A DNA stretch of 64,000 bases. Source: Paramoeba atlantica (Eukaryota; Protista; Discosea). The stretch covers positions 372,001 to 436,000 of the forward strand of contig CDRNVI010000012.1 of assembly GCA_977017575.1 (NCBI GenBank), in the 5' to 3' direction. Shown one piece after another: positions 21,325 to 32,289 of the stretch. Each line of letters starts with the position of its first letter. The stretch's first letter is position 1. The notes beneath the pieces were generated by a model. It was not told the origin of the DNA, did not search any database, and worked only from the letters and a program-made list of their open reading frames with translations. Both the position numbers and the translations under genes were made by a program.

Positions 21325-23010
21325 TCAAAGAACTACTGGAGTAATGTCCAATCTCTTAAGATTATCATAGACTTGAGAACCTTCGTACAGTGGAAGTAGC
21401 CGTTGTATTTTTTCTATAACCTTGCGATGGGTGCACAAAGTCCTGCGCTCGAGTAGCCAATGCGACCAAAGAAGCACATACGGGTGAGAAACAGAAAACA
21501 CACCAGGAAGAGCTCTTAACAGTTCTACTACCTGCTCTACCGACTTATCATTACTTGATTGTTTTTGATAATAGTCAAGCAAACTTGAGTAAAGGTTCCC
21601 GGCGTCTATCCTCATGTAAGCAAGACTGCAAAAAATTCGTTGAATGTCCAATGGCTCAGATTTTGGGAGCACTGTATGTACTTGTTCTAGTACATCGGGA
21701 AGAAATTCTTGTGGAATAGTAGTGGGAAAATAGTGATTTTCAACGAACAGAAGAAAGCGGGCTAGAGATATGCTATCCATGCGGGAAACCTCTTTGCAAA
21801 CGATTTGAACAACTTGTAATTTTTGTCTTGTATTGATCCATCGGTAGTTACGAACAAGTTCACGCAAGTGGTAGAGAGGGAGTGAGTCTGCGTCCTTTAA
21901 TATAGTATTCAGCAAGTAGGGTATGATCTCATAACTAAATTGGAGGTCGAATTCGGGTCGACGAACTTGTGTGTGCTGTATGAAGAATAACGAATGCATC
22001 AAAGTAGCAACCATAAAAGGTGATAATTCTTTGATAATTCGACTAACGTCGCCGTGCTTGTCAAAACGAGTTAGATATTGACGAACCATCGTTATTGGCC
22101 GGGACGTTGCTGTTTCTACCAGTAAGTTTGTGAACCGAAAATGATTCAATACGACGCAGGTGCCATATTCATGATCAGCTTGGCCCCATGTTGCTTTCCA
22201 TAGGTGTTCAAGTATTTTTTCAAAACAAGAATCTCCGTTTGCGATTCCCGGAACACGACGTAAATATTCTAGGAAAGCAAAGTAAGGATATAGCGAACTC
22301 TTTTGATATTCTTTAGTCCCAACGGGGTGACGCGCAACCCAATTTCTGCGTCCCGATATTTCGTTTGAAAAAAGAAAATCCATTACTTTGGTCACGAGCT
22401 CAGATACCAAATCTGATGACATCGTTGGAGCGAAGCACGCAAAAACTTCTAAAAAGTAGCCGACTAGCGTCGAAGTCAGCTCTGAGAGCCTTGATAATAC
22501 AAGAACCATGACATCGTGTGCTACAATACCTTTGATCATATTACGCACACCTGAATCAGCATAAAAAGGTTCACAAATTTCTTTACCTTTATTTATGATT
22601 TGTACAAGCTGAAGAATGCTCCCTTGGAATTCCTTTGAAGGCTCCACAACATAAGAAGCTGGGTTCTTTAAGTTTGACTTTAGATGTTTCAACAACCGTT
22701 CAACATTTTCAAGACGACCAAGCAATAGCTCACGTGAGCGAATATCACCAAAGCCATTAAATTCTTTCTCTAAAGCAAAAACAATTCTTTTCCAAGTAAC
22801 GTCTGCATTCTCAATATTAGAAATTTGCATATTACCCACTATCTGCGAGCATGATTCGCTTTTCAAGATAGTTTTGCAATAGTAACGGAAAGCAGTTTGT
22901 CCCGAAAGTGAATAAATATCATAGTGTATTCTGTTAATGGAGCACCTTGGCCTGCAAATTCGGAATCGAAGCAATGAAGAACGAAGGCACTCTTTCGAAT
23001 ACGATCTCAT
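21325..23010 (-). CDS. Hypothetical alpha-helical protein, possibly mitochondrial
   Basis: 561-aa ORF, Arg/Ser-rich N-terminus, no motif recognised. Confidence 0.75.
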   Translation of the reverse strand: MRSYSKECLRSSLLRFRICRPRCSINRIHYDIYSLSGQTAFRYYCKTILKSESCSQIVGNMQISNIENADVTWKRIVFALEKEFNGFGDIRSRELLLGRLENVERLLKHLKSNLKNPASYVVEPSKEFQGSILQLVQIINKGKEICEPFYADSGVRNMIKGIVAHDVMVLVLSRLSELTSTLVGYFLEVFACFAPTMSSDLVSELVTKVMDFLFSNEISGRRNWVARHPVGTKEYQKSSLYPYFAFLEYLRRVPGIANGDSCFEKILEHLWKATWGQADHEYGTCVVLNHFRFTNLLVETATSRPITMVRQYLTRFDKHGDVSRIIKELSPFMVATLMHSLFFIQHTQVRRPEFDLQFSYEIIPYLLNTILKDADSLPLYHLRELVRNYRWINTRQKLQVVQIVCKEVSRMDSISLARFLLFVENHYFPTTIPQEFLPDVLEQVHTVLPKSEPLDIQRIFCSLAYMRIDAGNLYSSLLDYYQKQSSNDKSVEQVVELLRALPGVFSVSHPYVLLWSHWLLERRTLCTHRKVIEKIQRLLPLYEGSQVYDNLKRLDITPVVL

Positions 23011-23505
23011 TTACAGCGTATTGAGTTCACAGCCTTTGGAACGTCAGATCGACTATTGGCGAGCGACAGGTCTCGTGTTGAGTGAGATTACCATATCATT
23101 AAAAATACTCTATCAGTTTCACATCGATACATCTGTATTTTGTTTTAATATCGTTATGGTAAGCTTTACTAAAGAAGGCACAAGCTTTGCTCCGTTTAAA
23201 ATAAGAGTCTTAACCACATCGCTGGTGATCATAACCAAGGCTCCTTTAAACAGGGTAGTAACAAAGCATTAAGTTAAGATCACCAAAAGTAAAGATAATG
23301 AATTACCAATGTATAGGAAGTATATGATTCTGCCCCCCCAAAGCATTCGCCGGAATACTTCCAATACTGTGACTGTCCGCGCATACCCGTTCAGATTAAG
23401 ACTTGTAAAAGAGAAACTTCCCAACTCAAAAAAAACAATTCGGGCAAACAAAATCCGCCAAAAAGGTTTATATCATTATCATGCCTTATGAAGGTTTCAC
23501 ATATT

Positions 23506-25824
23506 CTACGAGGTTTCGAAAACGTTCCGTTCCCCAAAGTCACGACGAGTGTGTAACAATCTCTGAATTTCTTCAGCGGGTGGATACTGACCGCGGCAAT
23601 GCCACGGGGTATCCTTGTCGCAAATACGATTTCGTGAATCGGCCACCCACATCTTCGACGTCTGTGAGACATTCATCACTTGGTAGATACGGACCAGGCC
23701 ATGGCGTGAAGTGTGAACATGTTGGAAAAAACGCGGGTCTGGCCCAGCTCCGTTGTCCCCTGCGCTATACAGTTGATAGAGCAAGGATTTCCTCATAGAG
23801 GCAGTAGGTCGCCCATCGGACATTAATCGGAAATTGCTGCAGAAAGGATCCTTCGGACACAGATCTTGGTACACGCTGGTACCAATGCGAGCCATCCAAG
23901 GCGCTTTAGCTGCGTCATCAGCACCCCCACCAGCCCAAACCAGCACATAATCAGCCAAATGACGGATCAAAGAATGTGCCTTCTTCTCAGGGGAGGTCAA
24001 ACAATACCCCAGGAGCGCAATGTGCTCATGATTCCACGTGTTTCCGTCGGCCAAGGTGGTACGGTTGGAGATGCCCGTGATTTGGTACCCATAGTCCCAC
24101 CAAGCCAGAATGCGCGCGTCCTCCGGGGTGTTGTCCCGGAGCCATTCGTAGGAGGCTAGGTAATCACGCAGTATTGTTTCTGTTTCTCTTCCGTAAGCAT
24201 CTGCTACTCGCCCCTTGAAGACGATTTGGGGTTCACTGTGAGCTACGGCAACCTTTTCACAGTGGTCGACGAACTCACGTGCCTTAGGAAAAGCCATAGC
24301 GAGCAAAGTGCCGAGCGCTAGCATGCGAAATACCCGGAAAAACGACGTATCAGTGAAACGATGTCGACCAGGACGCCGTAGTTGGGAATCAAAACTAGAA
24401 GTAATTTGCGCCATAAACCAATCCAGCACGTAACCAATTGCAATGCCGCACAGTGCAGAGCATGGAACGCACATTAAAACAATAAGTCTCGACATTTTAA
24501 GTGCAAAGAAATAGACCACCACGGCGGTTAAAGCGATGAAGCTCGATTGATGAAAGTTGTGAAAGGCGAGCGCCATCAGACCCCAGGGTGCGACGTAGTA
24601 GCCATAATGTAAATATAGCCAGAACGCATCAACAGTAGCAGGCTGGTGTTCCGCCACAGAATCTACCAAAGGATTGCCCGTTTTCGTATGCTGAACAAAT
24701 AGACTTCGCACTCGTGCCGTCAGTGGTGCAAAATACCCCGCCGGGTAAAGAACCACGACCGCGGCCAGAAGCAAAATAAGAAACACGAACACATAACCCA
24801 GCCGTATCCGCATCCCCCTTAGCGACCACAACGAGGCAACCCGAGCACGTCGGCGGTGCCGCTCCGACAAGTGCAGGAGCTGAAAAAACACAAAAACGAG
24901 AAGACCCGAGACCTGTTCAAGGGAGCGAAATGGACTGTACCCCACCGGGGGGACAAAAATCGCTAACGCGGTCCCAATGATATAAAACACCGTATAGGAA
25001 CGATACAGCTGGTCGCGATAGACACCCTGGAGCCAGTCTGTGATACACAACAAGGTGGCATGCAACGCAATCATGTTCGTAACAAACACATAGCCGCCCC
25101 AGGTGGCGACCATGTACCCGTAGCTCACACCAGCCGCCAGGGGATAAAACCAGCACGAGGCCTTGGACTCTTTTCCCGACCGTGGTCGAAGAGAGCGAAC
25201 CCAAAAGTAAAATGTGGCGCACATGGCAGAGATTGCAATGGCCTCGTTGTCAAACCAGCCCCCAATGGAGCGTACGATGTGTGCGGGAATCATGGCCATG
25301 ACGAGTGCACCTATGGCCCCGGCCAGGGGTGATCCACTGCACTCCTGCGTGAGCCAGCCAAGAAACAACGTGGAGAGGCACCCAAACCAGGCAGGGATGT
25401 AGCAACAAACCTCTTTGAGGGTCAACGTAAATGAAGGGCCTAGAAAACCAAGAGCCTTGTAGATTGCGACAGCGGTAAGCGGGAGTCCAGGGTAGGTAGT
25501 GGAGCCTACAGGTCGGCCCAGGGGATACCACGATTGGTAGTCAAACCAGTGGAAGAATCTATCCCACCCGTTGTTAAGCAGATACTCGGCGGCACGGAAA
25601 TTAAACCAGGGATCAAATTCATGAATCACCATTCCATATTCCTGTATCGCATGGAGTCGTATTTCAAAGGCTTTTTTGAGCGCAAAGGTAAAAAGGATGA
25701 AAATGAGTGTATAATACAGCACTTTTGTAACGTCGCAGCCGCGTTCCTTTTCAGATTCCGAGTTGCCAACAGGCAATCTTGACGGTACGGATGATTGCCG
25801 TTTCTGCGACGGACTGCCACGCAT
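23506..25824 (-). CDS. STT3: Oligosaccharyltransferase catalytic subunit STT3
   Basis: IHEFDPWFN, DNEAIAI, SVAEHQP, WWDYG, TTLADGNTWNHEHIA, DxxK (DAAK). Confidence 0.97.
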   Translation of the reverse strand: MRGSPSQKRQSSVPSRLPVGNSESEKERGCDVTKVLYYTLIFILFTFALKKAFEIRLHAIQEYGMVIHEFDPWFNFRAAEYLLNNGWDRFFHWFDYQSWYPLGRPVGSTTYPGLPLTAVAIYKALGFLGPSFTLTLKEVCCYIPAWFGCLSTLFLGWLTQECSGSPLAGAIGALVMAMIPAHIVRSIGGWFDNEAIAISAMCATFYFWVRSLRPRSGKESKASCWFYPLAAGVSYGYMVATWGGYVFVTNMIALHATLLCITDWLQGVYRDQLYRSYTVFYIIGTALAIFVPPVGYSPFRSLEQVSGLLVFVFFQLLHLSERHRRRARVASLWSLRGMRIRLGYVFVFLILLLAAVVVLYPAGYFAPLTARVRSLFVQHTKTGNPLVDSVAEHQPATVDAFWLYLHYGYYVAPWGLMALAFHNFHQSSFIALTAVVVYFFALKMSRLIVLMCVPCSALCGIAIGYVLDWFMAQITSSFDSQLRRPGRHRFTDTSFFRVFRMLALGTLLAMAFPKAREFVDHCEKVAVAHSEPQIVFKGRVADAYGRETETILRDYLASYEWLRDNTPEDARILAWWDYGYQITGISNRTTLADGNTWNHEHIALLGYCLTSPEKKAHSLIRHLADYVLVWAGGGADDAAKAPWMARIGTSVYQDLCPKDPFCSNFRLMSDGRPTASMRKSLLYQLYSAGDNGAGPDPRFFQHVHTSRHGLVRIYQVMNVSQTSKMWVADSRNRICDKDTPWHCRGQYPPAEEIQRLLHTRRDFGERNVFETS

Positions 25825-26078
25825 GTCAAAATCTCAGTAGCAAACCCGGAAAAATGTTTTCTACTTATAAAACACTAGTTTCGAAGCAGTTAAAATGTCC
25901 TATAGCAGCAATAGGAATGGGTAATTTAACCAAGAATGCGTTTAACTATCTGTATGTAAGCAACACTGGCAAAAATAATCCTAATATTTTACTGACTATA
26001 GATAACAGAAAACGCAGAAGGCAAGTGTTTCTCATTCCCATTTCTCGTTTCATCAAGATATCATGCAGAAAAGTAATG

Positions 26079-26504
26079 TTAGGAATCTCGAAGCGGTGTG
26101 GGCATCACATTTTCTTCAAATTCAGGTTCCGAACCAGAGTCTTCTTCACTGTCGGGATACTTTTCCACAAGTTCCTTTAGTACATCGGAACGAAGTTTTG
26201 AACGGACCGCCTCAAGTTCTTCTGGTGAGTAATAATCGGCGATGTCTCTTCGTGAATGCCTTACTAGCGGATTACGGGAATCCGGAGGGGGCAAGTCAGA
26301 GTCCGCCGCGTTCGAATCTTGCCTTATTACTGGTGTATCGTCTTTCGATTGTGTGCACTCATATGTCCAATGTTCCGAAGATCCGCATTTTTGACAAAAT
26401 GTTTTTCCTTTAATCGCATTTCTAGGCTTTGAGTAACCTTTCGGAGGAATATATTGTGCAGTACCCGCTTTTACACGTGTTCTCAAAACAGAGCTGTCAT
26501 ACAT
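26079..26504 (-). CDS. Zinc-knuckle (CCHC) protein, ZCCHC10/SREK1IP1-like
   Basis: CQKCGSSEHWTYEC. Confidence 0.75.
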   Translation of the reverse strand: MYDSSVLRTRVKAGTAQYIPPKGYSKPRNAIKGKTFCQKCGSSEHWTYECTQSKDDTPVIRQDSNAADSDLPPPDSRNPLVRHSRRDIADYYSPEELEAVRSKLRSDVLKELVEKYPDSEEDSGSEPEFEENVMPTPLRDS

Positions 26505-26693
26505 GGTAGAGAAAAGCTTGATATTGAAATATTTAGCAAAATGTATTTATTAAATAAGCCCACATTTACTTGATAAATCAAAATCGAATGGTAGGAAGGC
26601 CTCACTGTTATCAAATTGTCTGGTACATCTAAATTATATACATACTTACGTTACTTCCATACGTAGATACTGTACATAGATTAAAATTACATA

Positions 26694-27471
26694 CAGGGGC
26701 GGTTGTTGATCTTGCCCCCTCCTGGGAAATTTTAATTCTTTTATCCGTTTTCGCTTATCTTCGCAGCATTGAAGAGATCTCGTTCCCCTAGCGAAGCGCT
26801 TTGCCGCCTTTTTTTTATAGAGACCCCCTGATGCCCCCTGGGTCGAAAAAACACAGTTTTTTTGGGATTTGTTTTGTGCACACAACCATTTTTTCCCCAC
26901 ACTTTCATATTTTTGTGGTTTATTTGAATGTGCATAAGCTTAAATAGACTTCTAATTTCTTTATGCTCAAGCAATATTTCTGTAGAAACATCAATAGCTG
27001 CTTAATAGAAATTTTTAAACCTCAACAACACGAATACAAGACCGACTAACCCTAAAAGTGGTGAATATGTAGAAGGGTGGAAAGAAAATAGGCAAAAATG
27101 TCGCACAGAAGAAAAAAGTATTAAACTCCATTGATTCGGTTCGCGATTCAAAAATTTCAATTCAAAAATTCGGCTTCGAAACGTACTGCAAAACAATGGA
27201 GAACGTTCTGGATATTGATTCGTTGTGGTCTTCTTCTAGGACAAACTTTTTTTTGTTGAAGACATTTTTTCTGAATATGATTAAGAATCCTAAATTTCCG
27301 ATTTTTGTCAACTCTCGAGTCGCCGACAGGGCATCAGTGGGTCTCTATGAAAAAGAGGCGGCAAAGCGCTTAGCTCGGGGAACGAGATCTCTTCAATGCA
27401 GCAAAGATGAGCAAAAACGGATAGAAAAATTAAAAATTCCCAGGAGGGGGCAAGATCAACAACCGCCCCTG
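26694..27471. mobile_element. MITE with TIRs of about 150 bp starting CAGGGGCGG
   Basis: CAGGGGCGGTTGTTGATCTTGCCCCCTCCTGGGAA.. (26694-26848) inverted at 27325-27471; TA left, GA right. Confidence 0.85.
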
Positions 27472-27541
27472 GACGTGTATAAAAATATTTTATACATATT
27501 TTAAACACGTATGAATTGCCTAGTACGTAATTTACCCATTA

Positions 27542-28528
27542 TTATCCACCATACAATGCAGCCCCAAAACCAAACTGGAGTCCCAATTCAACGGACGCTA
27601 TTAATATTTCAAAGAAAATCAGGATGATAACAATCCATTCGAGACGTGTAGCATGTCGCTGTTGAAACTGCCAGCTTATGGTATCTAATGTGCTCATCGC
27701 GGCATCAAGCTTCTCATCTACTTCGTGAATACGAGCAGCAATACTGTATTCGGCATTGAGGTGCTCAAATAACGGCAAGTATCGGCTATGCTCCCAGAAA
27801 AAGTCAGGCTCTCCCACAAGTTCCGACTCGTTTCTTATCATCATACGATATTGAAAAATCTCACCTTTGAGCTGTCGTGCACGCAAACCGGATATTGATG
27901 CCTGACCACGCACCTTCATTTGGTACGGTAGAGGCCTACATTCCTGCAAAAGTCGGTCAACTAGATTTTCGACTACGTCCATTTTTACATTTTGAGCAAG
28001 ACTATGACTGAAGGCTTGCTTTAAGGGAGATCTTTGGTTATGCAGTAGAAGACGATCGCGTTGCAAGGCTTCCGTAAAAGTAGCCGAAGTCCAAAGTTCA
28101 TCCGCTCTGTAGCTGACAAACTCGCTAATAAGCCACAATGGAAACATTTGTTCCAGGATCCTTTGAGCGTATCGCTGCTGGACCCATCGATGGTTGTACG
28201 TTTTCTGTAAGAAATCCCTGGCAATCGACTCAAAGCTTCGATGAGAGTTTCCCCACCACACCACGGAGCCATAGGCAAAGACAAACAAGTCAAACTCTGC
28301 CTCCACCATTGTCCTATATCCCGACCCGTGATGAAGGGAGCGATTTGTGACATGCAACACCCCATGAGTGATGATACTTCGGTAGTCTTGTCGTTTGTAA
28401 TATGACGCAATTGAGGGAAGGTCTAGAGAGTCAGAGACGCAGAGAGCAGCAACTTTTCCCGGCGGAATCGGATCGGTGTCATATGTACATGATTCTCGAC
28501 TTAATTCACTCACATGGGGTTGTACCAT
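27542..28528 (-). CDS. DUF155 (RMD1/RMND1/YagE-like) protein
   Basis: FVFAYGSVVWW, FSHSLAQNVKM, EPDFFWE, RLEWIVIILIFFEI. Confidence 0.85.
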   Translation of the reverse strand: MVQPHVSELSRESCTYDTDPIPPGKVAALCVSDSLDLPSIASYYKRQDYRSIITHGVLHVTNRSLHHGSGYRTMVEAEFDLFVFAYGSVVWWGNSHRSFESIARDFLQKTYNHRWVQQRYAQRILEQMFPLWLISEFVSYRADELWTSATFTEALQRDRLLLHNQRSPLKQAFSHSLAQNVKMDVVENLVDRLLQECRPLPYQMKVRGQASISGLRARQLKGEIFQYRMMIRNESELVGEPDFFWEHSRYLPLFEHLNAEYSIAARIHEVDEKLDAAMSTLDTISWQFQQRHATRLEWIVIILIFFEILIASVELGLQFGFGAALYGG

Positions 28529-28813
28529 TTCGGTCTAAGTGGAGGAAGTCGGATGACGTGCTAGGGTTACATCCATTGATTCGGAATAGCAAAAAATATC
28601 ACTAATCGTTATATGAATATTTTGGTAAGTGGTGTGCGTGATGTAAACTACTGTAAAATTAAAACGATTAATACTTGTAAGCCTTGTTTTCACAGGTTTC
28701 CTACATTTTCAAATGTATTTTTCTTTAATGGGTCATCTCTCTAGCAATGAAGCAAGTAATATCTAGATTTCTTTATCTAAAAAAATAGCATAAATAACTT
28801 TAGCAAAAAAGAT

Positions 28814-30241
28814 CTAACGACGCAGAAAGCTGTAAGATCCCAATGCACCCAGAACGGCTCCGAGAACTCCACTTCCGACAACGGAGAGCACGAAAACCGT
28901 ATCTCCATGTGGCTTGATGCGCCCCTGCACCGGGAGACAACGCCGATCGCTGGGGTGCACTACTGAGCCCGGGGGACACCCTTGCAAGGGACATGCAAGC
29001 CGAAAATGCGCACATTCGGGGCCTGGAAAAGTGTTCAACTCCGTACAGCGATGTTCCAATAGCCCAGCTGGATCAGCATAACAAAGTCCGTCGGGGCTCT
29101 TAGGAGCCGAAGTTTGTTCGAGCTGTGTGAGCCAGGAGTATACAGTAGGCGGCTCACACAAGGAATCGTGTCCCTCGGTGGAAAAACACGGAAGGTGAAT
29201 TTGAAAGGACCTATAGGAGAAGCCGTTCGAAACCCGATGCGGGATCATGCGGTGTACCTGTATTTTCCCTTTTTTTGAAACTTCTATAGCAACGGCTTCG
29301 CCGAACATTGGGGAATTTAATGGGGACTCGTAGTTTCCCGGACGTAGAATTCCCATCGCCCCGTATATAGCTACCAGCGTTACATCATGTGCCGAATACT
29401 CATGAAAGTGTTGTCCGCATGACCCCAAGTTATTCTTAGCAATTTTCAGCACATGTGAGAGAAACGAATACCCAAGCGAGCCAATTTTCCTGCGGAACTG
29501 CCCGTCGCTTGAGGTCGCATCTGGATTAATGCCAATAAGAATGGCGTGATAGTGCAAGTTTCGTCTCAGAAACCGAAGCAACTTCTCATAATTTCGCCCA
29601 TACGAAGACGATGCAACGGTTATCTCATCACGTTCCGCCACTTCACAAGCAGCAGCATCGGCAGCGAGTCGAACACACGTTCCAGGATGTTTGAAACATA
29701 CGGCTTCACTAATATTCGTCATACGAGCAATGTCTCCCATACTTTCTTTAGAGAACGTCTCCTGTGCTTCGATATCACACTTTCGATTAATGACAAGAGT
29801 CGGATTCCGTAGCCGTACTGCCGGTGGTTTTATGAGAAGCAAATCATCCTGAAAAACGGGGGAGACCTTAACGTCCGGAAAATCTTCCGGTGGAAACAAA
29901 CTCTGCAAAAGTAATGTGGCCGAATTCCGTGTACGATCAAAATCTGTGCTGCGTGCGCTCATGGTAAACGGATCCCAATGTTCAGAAAGAATTTTCCCGT
30001 ACCGTTTTCGTAAGAATTTGCCAAGTGCTTTCATCATAGATTTTCCTAGTGGTGTGAGCGATGTGCTCGTATAGATTAGGTCACCGTTTTCGGTCATATT
30101 TGCTGGAGATCGAACACCGTGCCTATGTAGCACAAAAATTTGCCGAATTGAATCCTCATCGGATTCATCAGTGGAGTTCCACAGCGGTGGTACGTTAAAG
30201 CACAAGGTGCTCCATACGACAAGTAGCAGGACGATCCCCAT
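28814..30241 (-). CDS. Membrane-anchored histidine acid phosphatase
   Basis: Signal peptide, RHGVRSP, RSTDFDRTRNSA, SAHD, C-terminal TM helix. Confidence 0.9.
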   Translation of the reverse strand: MGIVLLLVVWSTLCFNVPPLWNSTDESDEDSIRQIFVLHRHGVRSPANMTENGDLIYTSTSLTPLGKSMMKALGKFLRKRYGKILSEHWDPFTMSARSTDFDRTRNSATLLLQSLFPPEDFPDVKVSPVFQDDLLLIKPPAVRLRNPTLVINRKCDIEAQETFSKESMGDIARMTNISEAVCFKHPGTCVRLAADAAACEVAERDEITVASSSYGRNYEKLLRFLRRNLHYHAILIGINPDATSSDGQFRRKIGSLGYSFLSHVLKIAKNNLGSCGQHFHEYSAHDVTLVAIYGAMGILRPGNYESPLNSPMFGEAVAIEVSKKGKIQVHRMIPHRVSNGFSYRSFQIHLPCFSTEGHDSLCEPPTVYSWLTQLEQTSAPKSPDGLCYADPAGLLEHRCTELNTFPGPECAHFRLACPLQGCPPGSVVHPSDRRCLPVQGRIKPHGDTVFVLSVVGSGVLGAVLGALGSYSFLRR

Positions 30242-30973
30242 TGCTCATCGATCCAATCACAAAACTCAAATCCCCAAAGCCTGTTGCTGTGTAATGTGAA
30301 GAAAACGTGCTACCTGTACTGTTGATTCTTCTCAATTCGCATTCAGTAACATTTAATTAATAGTTACCGAAACGAACAAGCACTAAGTACAGTGTAAAGC
30401 ACTCTAATAATCATTTATTCGAAAACAAAATGTTACGATTTGTAAGAGCAGATATGGTCAAGAATCAAAATTTAAACACTCTTTAGTATGTAGGGGAATG
30501 TTAACCAAGTTTGGTGAAATGTTTGAAATCTTCTTATTTCGTTGATGTATGGACGTTCTCAGCGCAAGATGCTTCGAGTATCAAGGATGTTTCAAATAAG
30601 CCATGAAAAGTATCATCATAATAAATCGATTCTCTTGATATTAAGAAAAAACTTTTGTCTCAATATTTATCATAAATCGATTTTATGTGTCAGTGAGTTG
30701 ACGACAGTTACACCAATCAGGACGGTCTTCCGCCCCAGCTGAAAACTTATATCCGGACCCGGATTTTAATATTGAGTATGCGTTGCTCTGGTTTGTTACA
30801 CATTAATTTCCTTTGCTATTGAAATTGCGATCAGCAAAATTACATGTACACTGATTTGACTATGCGTCAATAAATAGCACTGTCCGCCCACTCATAGTGC
30901 CGCGGATTTTGGCCACACGGTACTATAAGTGGGGGGCACTCGAAGTCGTGAAAAAATAATTTCATATTATATA

Positions 30974-31658
30974 CTGTACCCCCCCCCGTTTATAATAGCC
31001 TCGCTTTTGCCCAAATGAACCTATAAAGGGGGGGGGGCGATTAAAGGTTGCCACAGAAAGCGCCCTGCATTTGGGGGCGAGGAACCAGGAATTATTCAAT
31101 CGCTCAGTGGGCCCCGGCCCTCTTCCAAAGTAAAATGTCCAGCACGAACACGCGCCATACCTCGAACCATATGAAAAAAATATCAAAATATTTAAGACGG
31201 TGCAAGAAAATTAAAAAAAATCTTCCCCAGTTTGCCCAAAAAAAGAACCTATAAACATACCTTTGCGGGTCCCCCGGGTCCATGCGGGTCTACGCCCGGG
31301 TCCATGGACCCACGGACCCGCTCTTCGACAAGTTGCGTAATATTTTTACGAAGATATTTCTAGTACGCTCAATACTACTTGAGGTTTTAGTCGGGGATAA
31401 AGTGTGCAGCTAAAATACGTTGTCCAAAATCTTACATCACTCATCATGCTCACTTCAGGGTTGAATGAAATTTTCTGTTTCACGCTTACCATAGTTCGGA
31501 ATGATCATTGACTCTTTCTGTTTCATGTTAGATTACAAAGCGTTTTTTGCAAAGCGGGTCCATGCGGGTCCATGGACCCGCGAAAGGTATCCCGCCCCTT
31601 ATTATAAATTATAATAAAAGGGGAGGGGTCGAAGCTATTATAAACAGGGGGGGTACAG
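30974..31658. mobile_element. Middle MITE of the nested set
   Basis: TA|CTGTACCCCCCCCCGTTTATAATAGCCTCG / CGAAGCTATTATAAACAGGGGGGGTACAG|TA. Confidence 0.85.
31260..31587. mobile_element. Inner MITE of the nested set
   Basis: TA|CCTTTGCGGGTCC / GGACCCGCGAAAGG|TA with subterminal GGGTCCATG repeats. Confidence 0.75.
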
Positions 31659-32289
31659 TACTTAAATTTTCGAAACATACATAAAATCCGGAAACTAAGT
31701 AAAAATCCGGAAAAATGGCACTAGTGGGGGGATCACGGTAATATGCTCGAAGTAAGAGTCATAACCAGATTCCTTCAGATTCCTAATTTCAATATACGTG
31801 GGAGCTTAGCTTTCTTCTTGGCTACCCTAGTTAGATGTCAAAGTGAGATGACGCCCACAACTATGCCATTCTGAAATTCAAAAGGAAAAAGTATGTTTTC
31901 TAATATATTAAAAAATCTTTGAAGGCCTCTAGTACAGCTATGCTCGGCCCCCCATCGTGTTCCCTCAGAGGGGAATGCCTCCCCGCGCCGGTAGGAGGAA
32001 GTATAATACGAGTAATCAGTACATAGACTACTGATTCCTGTTTTTCCCCCAATAAAGCAGTTCGCAGATCGATTTCGATGTACTCTACTGTCCAAGAACC
32101 CTACTATCCAACTGAAAACTCTACTATCCAAGAAGTTTTTATAACTACCATAATTTAGCAGTACTCCATTTAGCAGTACTCCTTTCGTCATACTCGAATC
32201 GAGTATGACCATCGAGTCGATGGTGATGCGCGAGCTTATAAGAGCCACGCACTGTTTCTTTTTCACTACTGCTACTGAGCATTCAGTAG

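Larger units (their letters stand above)
30878..31738. mobile_element. Outer degenerate MITE of a nested set
   Basis: Right end GGCACTAGTGGGGGGATCACGG|TA; left end ACTGTCCGCCCACTCATAGTGCC is a degenerate inverse. Confidence 0.45.
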
